A stretch of 64,000 nt of DNA from Spirochaetaceae bacterium (GCA_051531975.1 JAOPTT010000009.1:32001-96000), one strand, 5' to 3'; counted from the stretch's first letter, positions 10,174-19,288 are shown. Notes: generated from the letters alone by a model not told the origin. Program-made: numbers and translations.

Positions 10174-11688
10174 ATGAATAAGAAAGTACAAGAGTTATTA
10201 CAATTACCAGTTTTATCTATATTTTTATTATTAACAGTAGGAACTTCATTTTCAAGCCATATGTTTTTAGACGGCGTTACAATGGCTGCAATATCCCGTA
10301 ACCTTTCAGTAGGTCTTGGATCATATTGGGACATGTTTTATACAACAGACATTAATCATTTTATTTCACATCCCCCTTTTGGTTTGTGGTTAGAATCAAT
10401 TTTATTTAGAATTATTGGAGATAAACCATGGGTTGAGTCTCTGTTTGGATGGTCACTAGGTATTTTCTCGATATATTTAATATCAAAGCTATGGAAAAAG
10501 GTTACAGGTAAGACCAGTGGTTCATGGTGGGTTATATTAATTACTCTTTTTAGCCCAATATTAACATGGTGTTTTAATAATAATATGCTTGAAAATAGTG
10601 TTGTTGTATTACTTTTAATTTATACATTATTGGTGATTGAAGCCTTTAATTCCAATAATATTCTAAAGCTTTCATTATTTTCACTATCATCTGGTATTAT
10701 AATGTTTTTAGCTTTATCTACTAAAGGACCACCAACACTGTTTCCCATAATACTACCACTGGTTATTCCTCTTTTTCTGAAAAAGTTCAGTATAAAAAAA
10801 GGTTTAACTATTTTAAGCTTAATCTTATTAACAATTATGTTATCAGTTGGTATTACATATTTAATTAGTGGAGATGAATTTATGAGATTCATTAGTAGAT
10901 ATATTCGCCACCAGTTATTACCTAGTATAAACGGTGATGTTGAAGTTTCCCCTAATAGGTTACTAATATTACAAATCCTACTTAAACAACTGCTTTTAGG
11001 ACTAATATTGATAGTTATATCGATAACTACTATTACCAAGAAAAAAAATATTTTAAAGGAAAATAGCTGGATTATTGTTCTTATTGTCTTGGGACTTGCC
11101 GGAAGTTTACCTTTCTTGATTTTTAAAAAACAGATGGCTTGGTATTTAATGCCAAGTATTCCATTCTTTACTATAGCAATAAGTATTTTAACAGCTCCCA
11201 TTGCAGAAAAAATAGAGGTGTTTATATATAAAAAAATAGGAGTTTTCAATAATATTATTACAATTTTCACGGCCTGTTTAGTATTGATTTCTCTATTTTC
11301 AACCACTATATATAAAGGTAAATCATATTTAGCTCCTGAAATTGTAATAAGAGATATTTTTTCTTCAGGTAAAGATGGATCAAATAAAGATAAAGCAAGA
11401 TTTTATAGTGAATATACATGGCAAAATTTCAACCTAGATATTGTAAATCAGAAAGTTGAAATCCCAGTAGGAAGTAGTATCGCTACTCAAGAAACACTAC
11501 ACGATTTTTGGCGAATGAATGCTTATTTTCAGAGAGTTTATAGTGCTAATCTTAGTCTTAGAATAAAAAGTGATGGTGACTTCTTTATAGCTGGGGAAGT
11601 ATCAAAAGATAATTTTTCTCCATTTGGTTTTAGACCTATTAGTAATAAAAAGGCTGTTTATAACTTTTTTGAAAAAACAAACAAATGA
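10174..11688 (+). CDS. ArnT/PMT-like (GT39/GT83, GT-C fold) integral membrane glycosyltransferase
   Basis: FLDG..MA, SHPPFGLWL, KGP motif, WYLMP; many TM helices. Confidence 0.8.
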   Translation: MNKKVQELLQLPVLSIFLLLTVGTSFSSHMFLDGVTMAAISRNLSVGLGSYWDMFYTTDINHFISHPPFGLWLESILFRIIGDKPWVESLFGWSLGIFSIYLISKLWKKVTGKTSGSWWVILITLFSPILTWCFNNNMLENSVVVLLLIYTLLVIEAFNSNNILKLSLFSLSSGIIMFLALSTKGPPTLFPIILPLVIPLFLKKFSIKKGLTILSLILLTIMLSVGITYLISGDEFMRFISRYIRHQLLPSINGDVEVSPNRLLILQILLKQLLLGLILIVISITTITKKKNILKENSWIIVLIVLGLAGSLPFLIFKKQMAWYLMPSIPFFTIAISILTAPIAEKIEVFIYKKIGVFNNIITIFTACLVLISLFSTTIYKGKSYLAPEIVIRDIFSSGKDGSNKDKARFYSEYTWQNFNLDIVNQKVEIPVGSSIATQETLHDFWRMNAYFQRVYSANLSLRIKSDGDFFIAGEVSKDNFSPFGFRPISNKKAVYNFFEKTNK

Positions 11689-12068
11689 GAAGCTGTAAAG
11701 TTTATTAGGAAAGCAGTTAATATTCCTATTCCTTGTGGAATCGTTTTATAAGGTATATTGGGAAAAACTGTAAGCAGAAGATTTAGAACTATTAAATTGA
11801 TTAGTAGTCCTACTAATGAAACCGATACAAACTTTACATATCGAACAAATGTTAATGAAGCACCTTTATACGTCCACAGGGTATTTATTATATAGTTCTG
11901 AGATACCGCAATAATAAAACATATAATAGCTGCTATATTTTTATCTAACATATATCTATCTGCGATTATATAAAAAATGATTAAGTTTGTTATTAACCCT
12001 AAGGAGCCAACTAGACCAAAACTTATTAGACGCTTAAATATATTCATTTGATAAATCTTAAAAGCCAA
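11658..12068 (-). CDS. GtrA-family flippase
   Basis: Four TM helices; FGLVG, NYIINTLWTY, NF.ASHLFVF. Confidence 0.85.
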   Translation of the reverse strand: MAFKIYQMNIFKRLISFGLVGSLGLITNLIIFYIIADRYMLDKNIAAIICFIIAVSQNYIINTLWTYKGASLTFVRYVKFVSVSLVGLLINLIVLNLLLTVFPNIPYKTIPQGIGILTAFLINFTASHLFVFSKKL

Positions 12069-12748
12069 ACTTTAAATAATGCTTCAAAATATATTTTTAA
12101 ACTCATTTTAGATTTACCAGCACTACGTTCAATAAAAACGATAGGAAATTCTAAAAAACTAAAACCATTTTTAATTGCCCTAGTTTTTAGTTCAATCTGA
12201 AACATATAACCCTTTGATATTATAGAATCAAAATTGATAGATTCTAATACTTCTTTTTTCCAAAAATTGAAGCCACCAGTCATATCTTTTATTCCACTTT
12301 GTAGAATTATTCTAGAATATAATGACCCATATGAGGATATAATACTTCTAAACCGACTCCACCCTTCAATACCTCCGCCATTAATATATCTAGAGCCAAT
12401 TACAAAATCACACTTCTCATCAAATTTAGACATCATGGATTTTAAATACTTGGGTTGGTGGGAAAAGTCAGCATCAAATTGACATATATAATCATAATTG
12501 CTATTTAAAGCCCATTTAAATCCTTGAATATATGCGTAAGCTAACCCTTCTTTAATTTTACTTTCCACTAGATAAAGGTTTTTAGTTCGAATCATAAGGT
12601 CTTTTACACATAAGTTAGTACCATCGTTTGAATTACCGTCAACTACTAAAATATCTACATGGGGACAGTTACTAAAAACTTTAGTAATAATATGGCTAAT
12701 ATTTTCAATTTCGTTATATGTTGGTATTATAATCAAGTTTTTTGACAT
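12044..12748 (-). CDS. Polyprenol-phosphate glycosyltransferase (GT2, Dpm1/GtrB-like)
   Basis: IIPTYNE, VVDGNS.DGT, DADFSH, GSRY..GG, D.TGGF, GYMFQIE, GKSKM. Start set at ATG 12748. Confidence 0.92.
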   Translation of the reverse strand: MSKNLIIIPTYNEIENISHIITKVFSNCPHVDILVVDGNSNDGTNLCVKDLMIRTKNLYLVESKIKEGLAYAYIQGFKWALNSNYDYICQFDADFSHQPKYLKSMMSKFDEKCDFVIGSRYINGGGIEGWSRFRSIISSYGSLYSRIILQSGIKDMTGGFNFWKKEVLESINFDSIISKGYMFQIELKTRAIKNGFSFLEFPIVFIERSAGKSKMSLKIYFEALFKVWLLRFIK

Positions 12749-12754
12749 AATGCC

Positions 12755-12783
12755 ATAATAAAGCTTCATATTATAGCTGTCAA
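12755..12783 (-). promoter_or_regulatory. Sigma70-type promoter, leaderless
   Basis: TTGACA-17 nt-TATTAT, then 6 nt to ATG; no SD. Confidence 0.7.
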
Positions 12784-12792
12784 TAATAAAGC

Positions 12793-12821
12793 TTGTCAGA
12801 GATTATCATATATATTATTAT
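12793..12821 (+). promoter_or_regulatory. Sigma70-type promoter, leaderless
   Basis: TTGTCA-17 nt-TATTAT, then 6 nt to ATG 12828; no SD. Confidence 0.65.
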
Positions 12822-12827
12822 CAAATA

Positions 12828-13472
12828 ATGAAAAAGCTCATCATACTTTTTATATCAATCCAATCAATATATTCAAATAATTTTGACCAGTTAAACCAAG
12901 CAATTAAAAAATTAGATTATGACAAAACATTATTGAGTTTTGAAGCTGAAACAACAATATCTAATTATAATAAGATTACAGCTAAAACTTTAGTTAAATA
13001 TGATCCAAAGAATAAAGACCCTTATAGTTTGTTATTAAAAGATGATAAACCTCCTACTGAAATAGACATTAAAAAATATAAAAAACAGAGAAGTAAAAAC
13101 AAAAGTTTTAGTGCTGTAGATTATTTAGGAAAAACATTTACCTTTGTCTCTCAAGAAGATGATATTGCATATTATACCTTCACTTCGAAAAAAAATATTA
13201 TCCCAGGTTTTCCTTCAAAAATGCCAGGAAGATTATGGCTAGATGTGACAAATAAAATGATTACAAAAGTTGAAATATTAAACAAAGAAAAAAAAGTCAT
13301 ATTCCCAGGTGTTTCTCTGAATATGTTTATAATGGAACTTAAATTTTTACCATTTAATAAAGATATTACAGTTTTAGATTCAATGGATACATTTATAGAT
13401 GCCAAAATCTTTACTAAAAAGCTTAAACAAAAAATTAAAACAAGAACAAAGAACTATCTATCTGTCCCTTAG
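12828..13472 (+). CDS. Hypothetical exported protein
   Basis: MKKLIILFISIQSIYS signal peptide; basic, beta-rich; no recognised motif. Confidence 0.7.
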   Translation: MKKLIILFISIQSIYSNNFDQLNQAIKKLDYDKTLLSFEAETTISNYNKITAKTLVKYDPKNKDPYSLLLKDDKPPTEIDIKKYKKQRSKNKSFSAVDYLGKTFTFVSQEDDIAYYTFTSKKNIIPGFPSKMPGRLWLDVTNKMITKVEILNKEKKVIFPGVSLNMFIMELKFLPFNKDITVLDSMDTFIDAKIFTKKLKQKIKTRTKNYLSVP

Positions 13473-13499
13473 TGACGATGCAAGAATTAAATAATTATA

Positions 13500-13528
13500 T
13501 TGTCATAATTATTTATAGCATATATAAT
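13500..13528 (+). promoter_or_regulatory. Sigma70-type promoter of the radical SAM/Tat operon
   Basis: TTGTCA(13500)-17 nt-TATAAT(13523); a second TGGTATAAT at 13530. Confidence 0.65.
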
Positions 13529-13562
13529 TTGGTATAATTTTAAAAAAAATGGATGGTATAAA

Positions 13563-14573
13563 ATGGCTAATATTCTCCTTACCGAACAGTGCGTAAGATC
13601 ATGCCCATATTGTTTTGCTAAGAAACATATGGAGAATTCTGAAAATAAAAACTTGCAATGGGAAGATTTTATTTATATTGTTGATCTTTTTGAAAAGAGA
13701 AACCCTAGATATATGTCTCTTTTAGGTGGAGAACCTACTCTACATAAACATTTTGTAGACTTTGTTTTATACTTAATAAATAGAGATTTTGGTGTAACAG
13801 TTTTTACAAGTGGTATTATGAGTCCTTCTAAATTAGAGGCTTTAAAAAAGGCTTTAGCAGAGTTTCCAAAAGCAAAGGTAAGTTTTGTTGTAAATCTAAA
13901 TCATCCATCAATGTCTGATGAGAAAGAACTAGAGAGAATTGATGCATTTCTAGATGAGTTTGGAGAGAGTTGTACTTTAAGTTTTAACTTTTATACGTTA
14001 GATATGGAGATGGAATATCTTTTTGATTATATTGAAAGATTTAACTTAAATAGACATATTCGAATCGGTTTAGCTCATCCAATTCCAGGAGAAAAAAACC
14101 TTTGTATTCCTACTGACCAATTTGACGAAATGGTCGAAAAATTAGCAACATATATACCTATGTTTATTAAATATAGAGTTAGCCCTGGGTTTGATTGTGG
14201 ATTCCCACTTTGTAAATTTACCGATGATCAATTAGGTAAATTTAAGAAATTAGAAAAAGGTAATGGCTCAGGTTCTGTTAAATTTGGTTGTAATGCTGCA
14301 ATTGATATTGGTCCAGATATGACTGTATGGTCTTGTTTCCCTTTATCTAAGTATCATAGAAAAAGTCTATATGACTTTGATTCAGTTGATGCTGTTTATG
14401 AGTATTATCAAACAATGCATTATAATGTGAGAGATAAAAAAGCTGGAGTTTTTGAAGAGTGTGAAGGATGCCGATATCAAGAAAGTGAGTTATGTAAAGG
14501 TGGTTGTCTTGCGCATATAGTTAATACTGATGAAAGCATTATTAAGGAGGCTAGTGGTGTTAAACGTAACTAA
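13563..14573 (+). CDS. Radical SAM/SPASM-domain protein
   Basis: CVRSCPYC, LLGGEPT, PLC, GCNAAIDIGPD...SC, CEGC...CKGGC. Confidence 0.92.
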   Translation: MANILLTEQCVRSCPYCFAKKHMENSENKNLQWEDFIYIVDLFEKRNPRYMSLLGGEPTLHKHFVDFVLYLINRDFGVTVFTSGIMSPSKLEALKKALAEFPKAKVSFVVNLNHPSMSDEKELERIDAFLDEFGESCTLSFNFYTLDMEMEYLFDYIERFNLNRHIRIGLAHPIPGEKNLCIPTDQFDEMVEKLATYIPMFIKYRVSPGFDCGFPLCKFTDDQLGKFKKLEKGNGSGSVKFGCNAAIDIGPDMTVWSCFPLSKYHRKSLYDFDSVDAVYEYYQTMHYNVRDKKAGVFEECEGCRYQESELCKGGCLAHIVNTDESIIKEASGVKRN

Positions 14574-15429
14574 AAAAATAATTGTTGCTGCTTATGAGCC
14601 AAAGTTTGCAAATGATATTGGTAAACAGAAAATAGTATATTACACAGATAAATTAGAAGACGTTCTTACAATTTATGGTGATGCCATAGATAAAAACGAA
14701 CTTATGTGTATAAAAGTTGATACTGATAAAAATCTATCTGAACTTGAATTTAAAGATGAATGGCAAAGTATTCCAATTGCCCTTTATACTCCATCTGTTG
14801 GTGATCTATCAGAGATGTTAATACAGGGTAAGAAACTAAAAAAGTTTAATATCCAGATTTTCTTACCAATAGAAAATAAAGATACAATTAGAGATCTTAG
14901 AATACTTTCTTCTGTCGGTATCAATTGTGGTTTTTATATTAAAGATGAAAATTCAGATGTAGACTGGGAACAAGTTGATGATCTTTTTTATTACTATGCT
15001 TATACAAATACTGAAAAAGGAAATATAGAACCTTTTAGATATATAATTGAAAAAGACTATAGAGAAAAATCATTTGATTTTAGAGCTGTAATATTTGATG
15101 ATCCAAATAAATTTGTTTATGTAGACAAGGATTTTAACTATTCAGTAAATCTTGATGAACTTACTAAAGGTTCTTTTCTTGGTAATGGAATTGATGAGTT
15201 AAAATCATATATAAATGAAGAAATAGATTATGTTTCAAAAAAATCAGATATGTTTTCTAAAAATGAAATCTGTTCATACTGTAGTAGTTGGAGGTTTTGT
15301 AGATCTAATTATTTTTCTCAATGTCAAAAGAATGAAACATATAAAATGTTGTTTGATAGTGTTTCTGATTATCTTGAAGTTCGAGTAAAACAACCATCTC
15401 AGAATGTGGAAAAAAAATGGCAGTTATAA
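14557..15429 (+). CDS. Radical SAM-associated accessory protein with C-terminal SPASM-like Cys cluster and no CxxxCxxC
   Basis: AAGGAGG 6 nt before GTG 14557; CSYCSSWRFC...C at C-terminus; overlaps both neighbours. Confidence 0.7.
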   Translation: MLNVTKKIIVAAYEPKFANDIGKQKIVYYTDKLEDVLTIYGDAIDKNELMCIKVDTDKNLSELEFKDEWQSIPIALYTPSVGDLSEMLIQGKKLKKFNIQIFLPIENKDTIRDLRILSSVGINCGFYIKDENSDVDWEQVDDLFYYYAYTNTEKGNIEPFRYIIEKDYREKSFDFRAVIFDDPNKFVYVDKDFNYSVNLDELTKGSFLGNGIDELKSYINEEIDYVSKKSDMFSKNEICSYCSSWRFCRSNYFSQCQKNETYKMLFDSVSDYLEVRVKQPSQNVEKKWQL

Positions 15430-16523
15430 TTTTTAAGGCTATTGAATATTGTAATTCAAATTGTATTTATTGCAGCGTTATAGAGAAAGATGAAGGCCAT
15501 ACTATGAGTTATGAAAGGCTTGAAACTGTTTTTATACGTATGAACCAATATTTGGAAGAACTTCCAGACGAGATAATCGATTTTACTTGGCATGGAGGGG
15601 AAGCAACCTTATTAGGTCCTGAATATTTTAGAAAAGCTTTAGAGTTTCAGAATGTTCACTGCAAAAAGACTAAGAATAGGATTAAGCATATAATACAATC
15701 TAATTTAACATGTATTACCCAAGAAATTATTGATGTTCTTAAAGACCTAGGTATAAACTCAATAGGATCAAGTTATGATCCTATTGAGGGAATTAGAGGG
15801 ATTGGTAAAAATAGAGACTCTAAATTATATAAAGAATTGTTTTTTAAAGGTGTTGATTTAGTTGAGAAAAATGGAATGACTTGGGGGATTATTTATGTTG
15901 TTCATAGAAGATCTTTAGAAGACCCCGTAGGAATTTTTAACCATTTGTCAAACTTAAATTTAGGCACATCTCCTGTTTTTAACTGTATATATTTGTACGA
16001 GGATGATAAACATCATTTAAGTATTACCCCCGAAGAGTTTGCGGACTTTTTAGGAGCTCTTGTCCCTTTATATATGGAAAATCCTGAAAAATATAAATCT
16101 ATACGACCACTAAGCATGTTTATTGACTCTATAAAAGAAAAAACACCATTAGGTTGTGATTATGCAGGAAATTGTGCAAATTATTGGCTATATATTGGAC
16201 CTACTGGTGAACTATCCCACTGTGGTAGAGCAGGTGATCAAAGAATAATAAGTTATGGAAATATCGACGATACTAGCCTAAAGGAAGCACTAAATCATCC
16301 TTACCGGAAAAAAATACTTGCTAGACAGACGTATTTGGTTGATAATGATTGTAAAGGCTGTAAATATTGGGGCATATGCCATGGTGGATGTCCAGTGGAT
16401 GCATTGTCTATGACTGGTGACATTATGAATAAAGCTATGTCATGCGAAATGGTAAAAAGATTAATGTCAAAATATATTGAACCCTTAGTTGATAAAGAAG
16501 TGCAATTTTATCCTAATAATTAA
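15417..16523 (+). CDS. Radical SAM/SPASM peptide or protein maturase (anSME-like)
   Basis: CNSNCIYC, WHGGEATL, QSN, CDYAGNC...IGPTG..SHC, CKGCKYWGICHGGCP...C. Confidence 0.93.
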   Translation: MAVIIFKAIEYCNSNCIYCSVIEKDEGHTMSYERLETVFIRMNQYLEELPDEIIDFTWHGGEATLLGPEYFRKALEFQNVHCKKTKNRIKHIIQSNLTCITQEIIDVLKDLGINSIGSSYDPIEGIRGIGKNRDSKLYKELFFKGVDLVEKNGMTWGIIYVVHRRSLEDPVGIFNHLSNLNLGTSPVFNCIYLYEDDKHHLSITPEEFADFLGALVPLYMENPEKYKSIRPLSMFIDSIKEKTPLGCDYAGNCANYWLYIGPTGELSHCGRAGDQRIISYGNIDDTSLKEALNHPYRKKILARQTYLVDNDCKGCKYWGICHGGCPVDALSMTGDIMNKAMSCEMVKRLMSKYIEPLVDKEVQFYPNN

Positions 16524-16553
16524 AGTTAGGTTTTATATAAAGAGGTGTGAATT

Positions 16554-16760
16554 ATGAATGAGAAAGAAATCATGGAAACTGGATCAGAGAGCAAAGTAAT
16601 TTCTAGAAAGGAAGCTTTAAAAAGAATTTCTAAGATCGGTTTAGGTATTGGTGCTGCAGTTGTTGCTACAAGTTGTGATCTTTATTATTACGACTATACT
16701 TATAGTGACTATAGTGATTATTATTACAGCTACTATGTTTATACAAACTACTACTGGTAA
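16554..16760 (+). CDS. Putative RiPP precursor: Tat-like lipoprotein signal plus Tyr-rich core
   Basis: RBS AGAGGTG; SRKEALK Tat-like motif, hydrophobic GLGIGAAVVA, lipobox-like ATS-C41; core DLYYYDYTYSDYSDYYYSYYVYTNYYW. Confidence 0.85.
   Translation: MNEKEIMETGSESKVISRKEALKRISKIGLGIGAAVVATSCDLYYYDYTYSDYSDYYYSYYVYTNYYW
16701..16718 (+). repeat. 9-nt tandem repeat encoding YSD-YSD
   Basis: TATAGTGAC TATAGTGAT. Confidence 0.8.
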
Positions 16761-16763
16761 TCT

Positions 16764-16970
16764 ATGCTGAGTTTTGTAGAGATTGCAATAGTAGGTGGAG
16801 CGATTCTTTTAATTTTTGGATCAACGAAACTTCCAAAATTGGGCCGAACAATGGGTCAAAGTTTGACAGAGTTTAAAAAAGGACTTAAAGAGGGTATGAC
16901 AGATACTAATGTTACTGATGAAAAGAAAGATGAAGAAGTAGCTGATAAGTCTGATATTGTGAATGAGTAA
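16764..16970 (+). CDS. tatA: Twin-arginine translocase subunit TatA
   Basis: EI.IV...LLIFG..KLP.LGR.MG..L.EFKKG signature; acidic tail. Confidence 0.95.
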   Translation: MLSFVEIAIVGGAILLIFGSTKLPKLGRTMGQSLTEFKKGLKEGMTDTNVTDEKKDEEVADKSDIVNE

Positions 16971-17673
16971 TACATTAACATTTTTTGAACACGTCAAAGA
17001 ACTTAGAAATAAATTAGGAATCTCTTCCATTGTATTTGTAGTGGCATCTGTGTTTGGTTACATAATTTTTCCATCTGTAATTAGTTATTTTAATAACTTT
17101 TTAGATGTAGGACTTCATGTAACCAAATTATATGAGGGCTTTTTTATGCGAGTGCAGGTTTCTCTTTATATTGGTCTTATATTTTTTATACCAGTTTTTT
17201 TATTAAATCTTTTGTTATTTATAGTCCCAGGTTTTGAGAAAGGTGATAAAGCAGTATTTGTTTCATTATTTCTTCTCAGTATCATTTTGTATGTAGTTGC
17301 TATACTTTCAGTTAGTATCTTTTTACCTATCACTATAAATTTTCTTCAATCAAAATCTTTTATTCCTGATACTCTTAATAAGATATTTTCATATGGTGAA
17401 TTTATAGATTTCTTTTTTACTTTTTTGTTAGCATTTTGTGTATCATTACAGTTTCCAGTTGTATTATTGGTTTTGCTGTATTTCAAAATATTAAAAACTG
17501 CTTGGTTAACTAAGTTTATTCCATACTTTGTTCCTGTTGCATTATTGTTGTCAGCAATAATGACTCAAGATATACTTTCTCAATTTTTGGTTGCAGTACC
17601 ACTGTTTGTTTTATATTTATTGTGTATCTTAGCTGCAAAGAAGTTAAAATGGGGTGTTGATGATATTTCTTGA
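16963..17673 (+). CDS. tatC: Twin-arginine translocase subunit TatC
   Basis: FFEHVKELR, EGF, FIVPG, QFPV, TQD..SQ..VAVP..LY; six TM helices. Confidence 0.92.
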   Translation: MSNTLTFFEHVKELRNKLGISSIVFVVASVFGYIIFPSVISYFNNFLDVGLHVTKLYEGFFMRVQVSLYIGLIFFIPVFLLNLLLFIVPGFEKGDKAVFVSLFLLSIILYVVAILSVSIFLPITINFLQSKSFIPDTLNKIFSYGEFIDFFFTFLLAFCVSLQFPVVLLVLLYFKILKTAWLTKFIPYFVPVALLLSAIMTQDILSQFLVAVPLFVLYLLCILAAKKLKWGVDDIS

Positions 17674-19288
17674 AATAATTGCAATTCTTTTTATTATTTT
17701 TATTATTAATCCACAAAACTCTGTTTCTATGTTACGGAAAGCTGGTGTTTTAGTTGGAAAATTAAGAAAAGTAATAAATCAATTAAAATCTTATTCTAAA
17801 GACTTTAATATAACTAATCTTGATAATGAAGTTGCAGGTAATAAAAATAGTGGGGTAAATGTTAATAATGGAAAAGCTGACCATTCAACCACAGTAACAA
17901 AGATGGTTCTTTTAGATGTTATTGAAGCTAGTTATAGTATTAACATGACAAAAAATATAATTCCTTTTCTATTTGATAACAATCCAGATATTGTAAGTAA
18001 AACTATTACTATCTTAAAAAAGGATCCTCTGTTTTCATTTGAAAAGAGAGATTCATTTAGTAACTGGAATGTTGAAAAATTAGTAAGGAATCCCAATTCA
18101 GAATATTTTAATAAGGTTTTTGATCCTAATAGAGTTGCTGAAGTATCAGGAGCTATCTTTAGTATTCCTAAGGAATCTTTTGAGAAACATTATAAAAATC
18201 TCGCTGACTTTAACGGTATAGATAATTTAAACATGAAAACAATATTTTCTAAAGATAAAAGCTCATTTTTTGGTGAGTTTAAAAACTTAAGAAAAAAATA
18301 TATCGCTAAGTGCTATCCTCCACAGGGATTTGTATCACCTAGTTATAGATGTAATCTAGATTGTTCCTATTGTTTTTCTAAAGACTTATTGCAAAAATTT
18401 AATAACGATATGACAGTTGAACAATTTACATTGTATTTAAAAAAGCTTAAGGCTGACTATAATATTAAGGAAATTGGATTTTTTGGTGGTGAACCAACTT
18501 ATTTCAAAAAATTAAATGAGTTTATAGATGTAGTTGAAAATGAAAAACTATTTTGTAATATTGCCTCAAATGGTATTGTTGAAAATCAAATCTGGGAAAA
18601 AATTGTTTCTAGAGGTAGTCTAGCAATGATTACATTTCATATTGAGGATAATGATTTTTATACTAACGATACCCACTTACCTAATATTATATCTAATATT
18701 AAAAGTGCTAACCAATTTAAAAAACAGATAACTTTTAGATATAATATCGTAGATAGTGAGAGAACTGATTGGAGTTTTCTAAATAAATATATTGATTTAG
18801 TTTCACAGTTTAGGTTTAGTTTTGCTATTCCATTTCCTTCTGGTAATGGTGAAAACGAATATGTATCATTAGATGAGTTAAATAAATTTGGAAAAACAAT
18901 TGTTTCTATGATCGATCATATAGATTTTTATAGTAGAAATAGACCATATGAAATTGTATTAGCTAAACCTATACCTCTATGTGTTTTCTCTGAAAAAGAA
19001 TATTTGAGAATTTTAGAAAAAGTCAGATACAAAAATGTATGTGAAATTGATAAAAATAATAATACAAATAATCTTATAATTAATCCTGATGGTTCATACC
19101 AGTCATGTGTAGGTTTAAATAAAGACAAGTACATATTCAATGACTTTTTAGGTCAAGAGTCTCTTCCTAGCAGTTATCATATGAATATTGATAGAGTTAT
19201 AAATAAACCAATGATGGATGACTGTAAAAAGTGTTATCTATTTAATATCGGAGTCTGCCAAGGGGCTTGTTATGCCTACACCCAGTAA
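17654..19288 (+). CDS. TatB-like N-terminal domain fused to radical SAM/SPASM enzyme
   Basis: N-terminus FLEIIAILFIIFIINPQ...LRKAG.LVGKLRK (TM helix, Pro hinge, amphipathic helix); CNLDCSYC, FFGGEP, PLC, IINPDG...SC, CKKC...CQGAC. Start may be ATG 17660. Confidence 0.8.
   Translation: MLMIFLEIIAILFIIFIINPQNSVSMLRKAGVLVGKLRKVINQLKSYSKDFNITNLDNEVAGNKNSGVNVNNGKADHSTTVTKMVLLDVIEASYSINMTKNIIPFLFDNNPDIVSKTITILKKDPLFSFEKRDSFSNWNVEKLVRNPNSEYFNKVFDPNRVAEVSGAIFSIPKESFEKHYKNLADFNGIDNLNMKTIFSKDKSSFFGEFKNLRKKYIAKCYPPQGFVSPSYRCNLDCSYCFSKDLLQKFNNDMTVEQFTLYLKKLKADYNIKEIGFFGGEPTYFKKLNEFIDVVENEKLFCNIASNGIVENQIWEKIVSRGSLAMITFHIEDNDFYTNDTHLPNIISNIKSANQFKKQITFRYNIVDSERTDWSFLNKYIDLVSQFRFSFAIPFPSGNGENEYVSLDELNKFGKTIVSMIDHIDFYSRNRPYEIVLAKPIPLCVFSEKEYLRILEKVRYKNVCEIDKNNNTNNLIINPDGSYQSCVGLNKDKYIFNDFLGQESLPSSYHMNIDRVINKPMMDDCKKCYLFNIGVCQGACYAYTQ

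Noticed and set aside
10620..11306. Long antisense ORF (and similar ones at 5969, 45694, 51408, 58835 and elsewhere)
   Set aside because: Shadow frames of well-supported genes on the opposite strand; no motifs or RBS.
15417..16523. Simple anaerobic sulfatase-maturating enzyme
   Set aside because: No sulfatase is nearby; the adjacent peptide and extra rSAMs favour a peptide maturase, though family similarity alone cannot exclude it.
16677..16760. Tyr-rich tract as a mere TAT/TAC microsatellite
   Set aside because: Mixed synonymous codons, an in-frame signal peptide, a strong RBS and tight operon packing indicate a real coding sequence.
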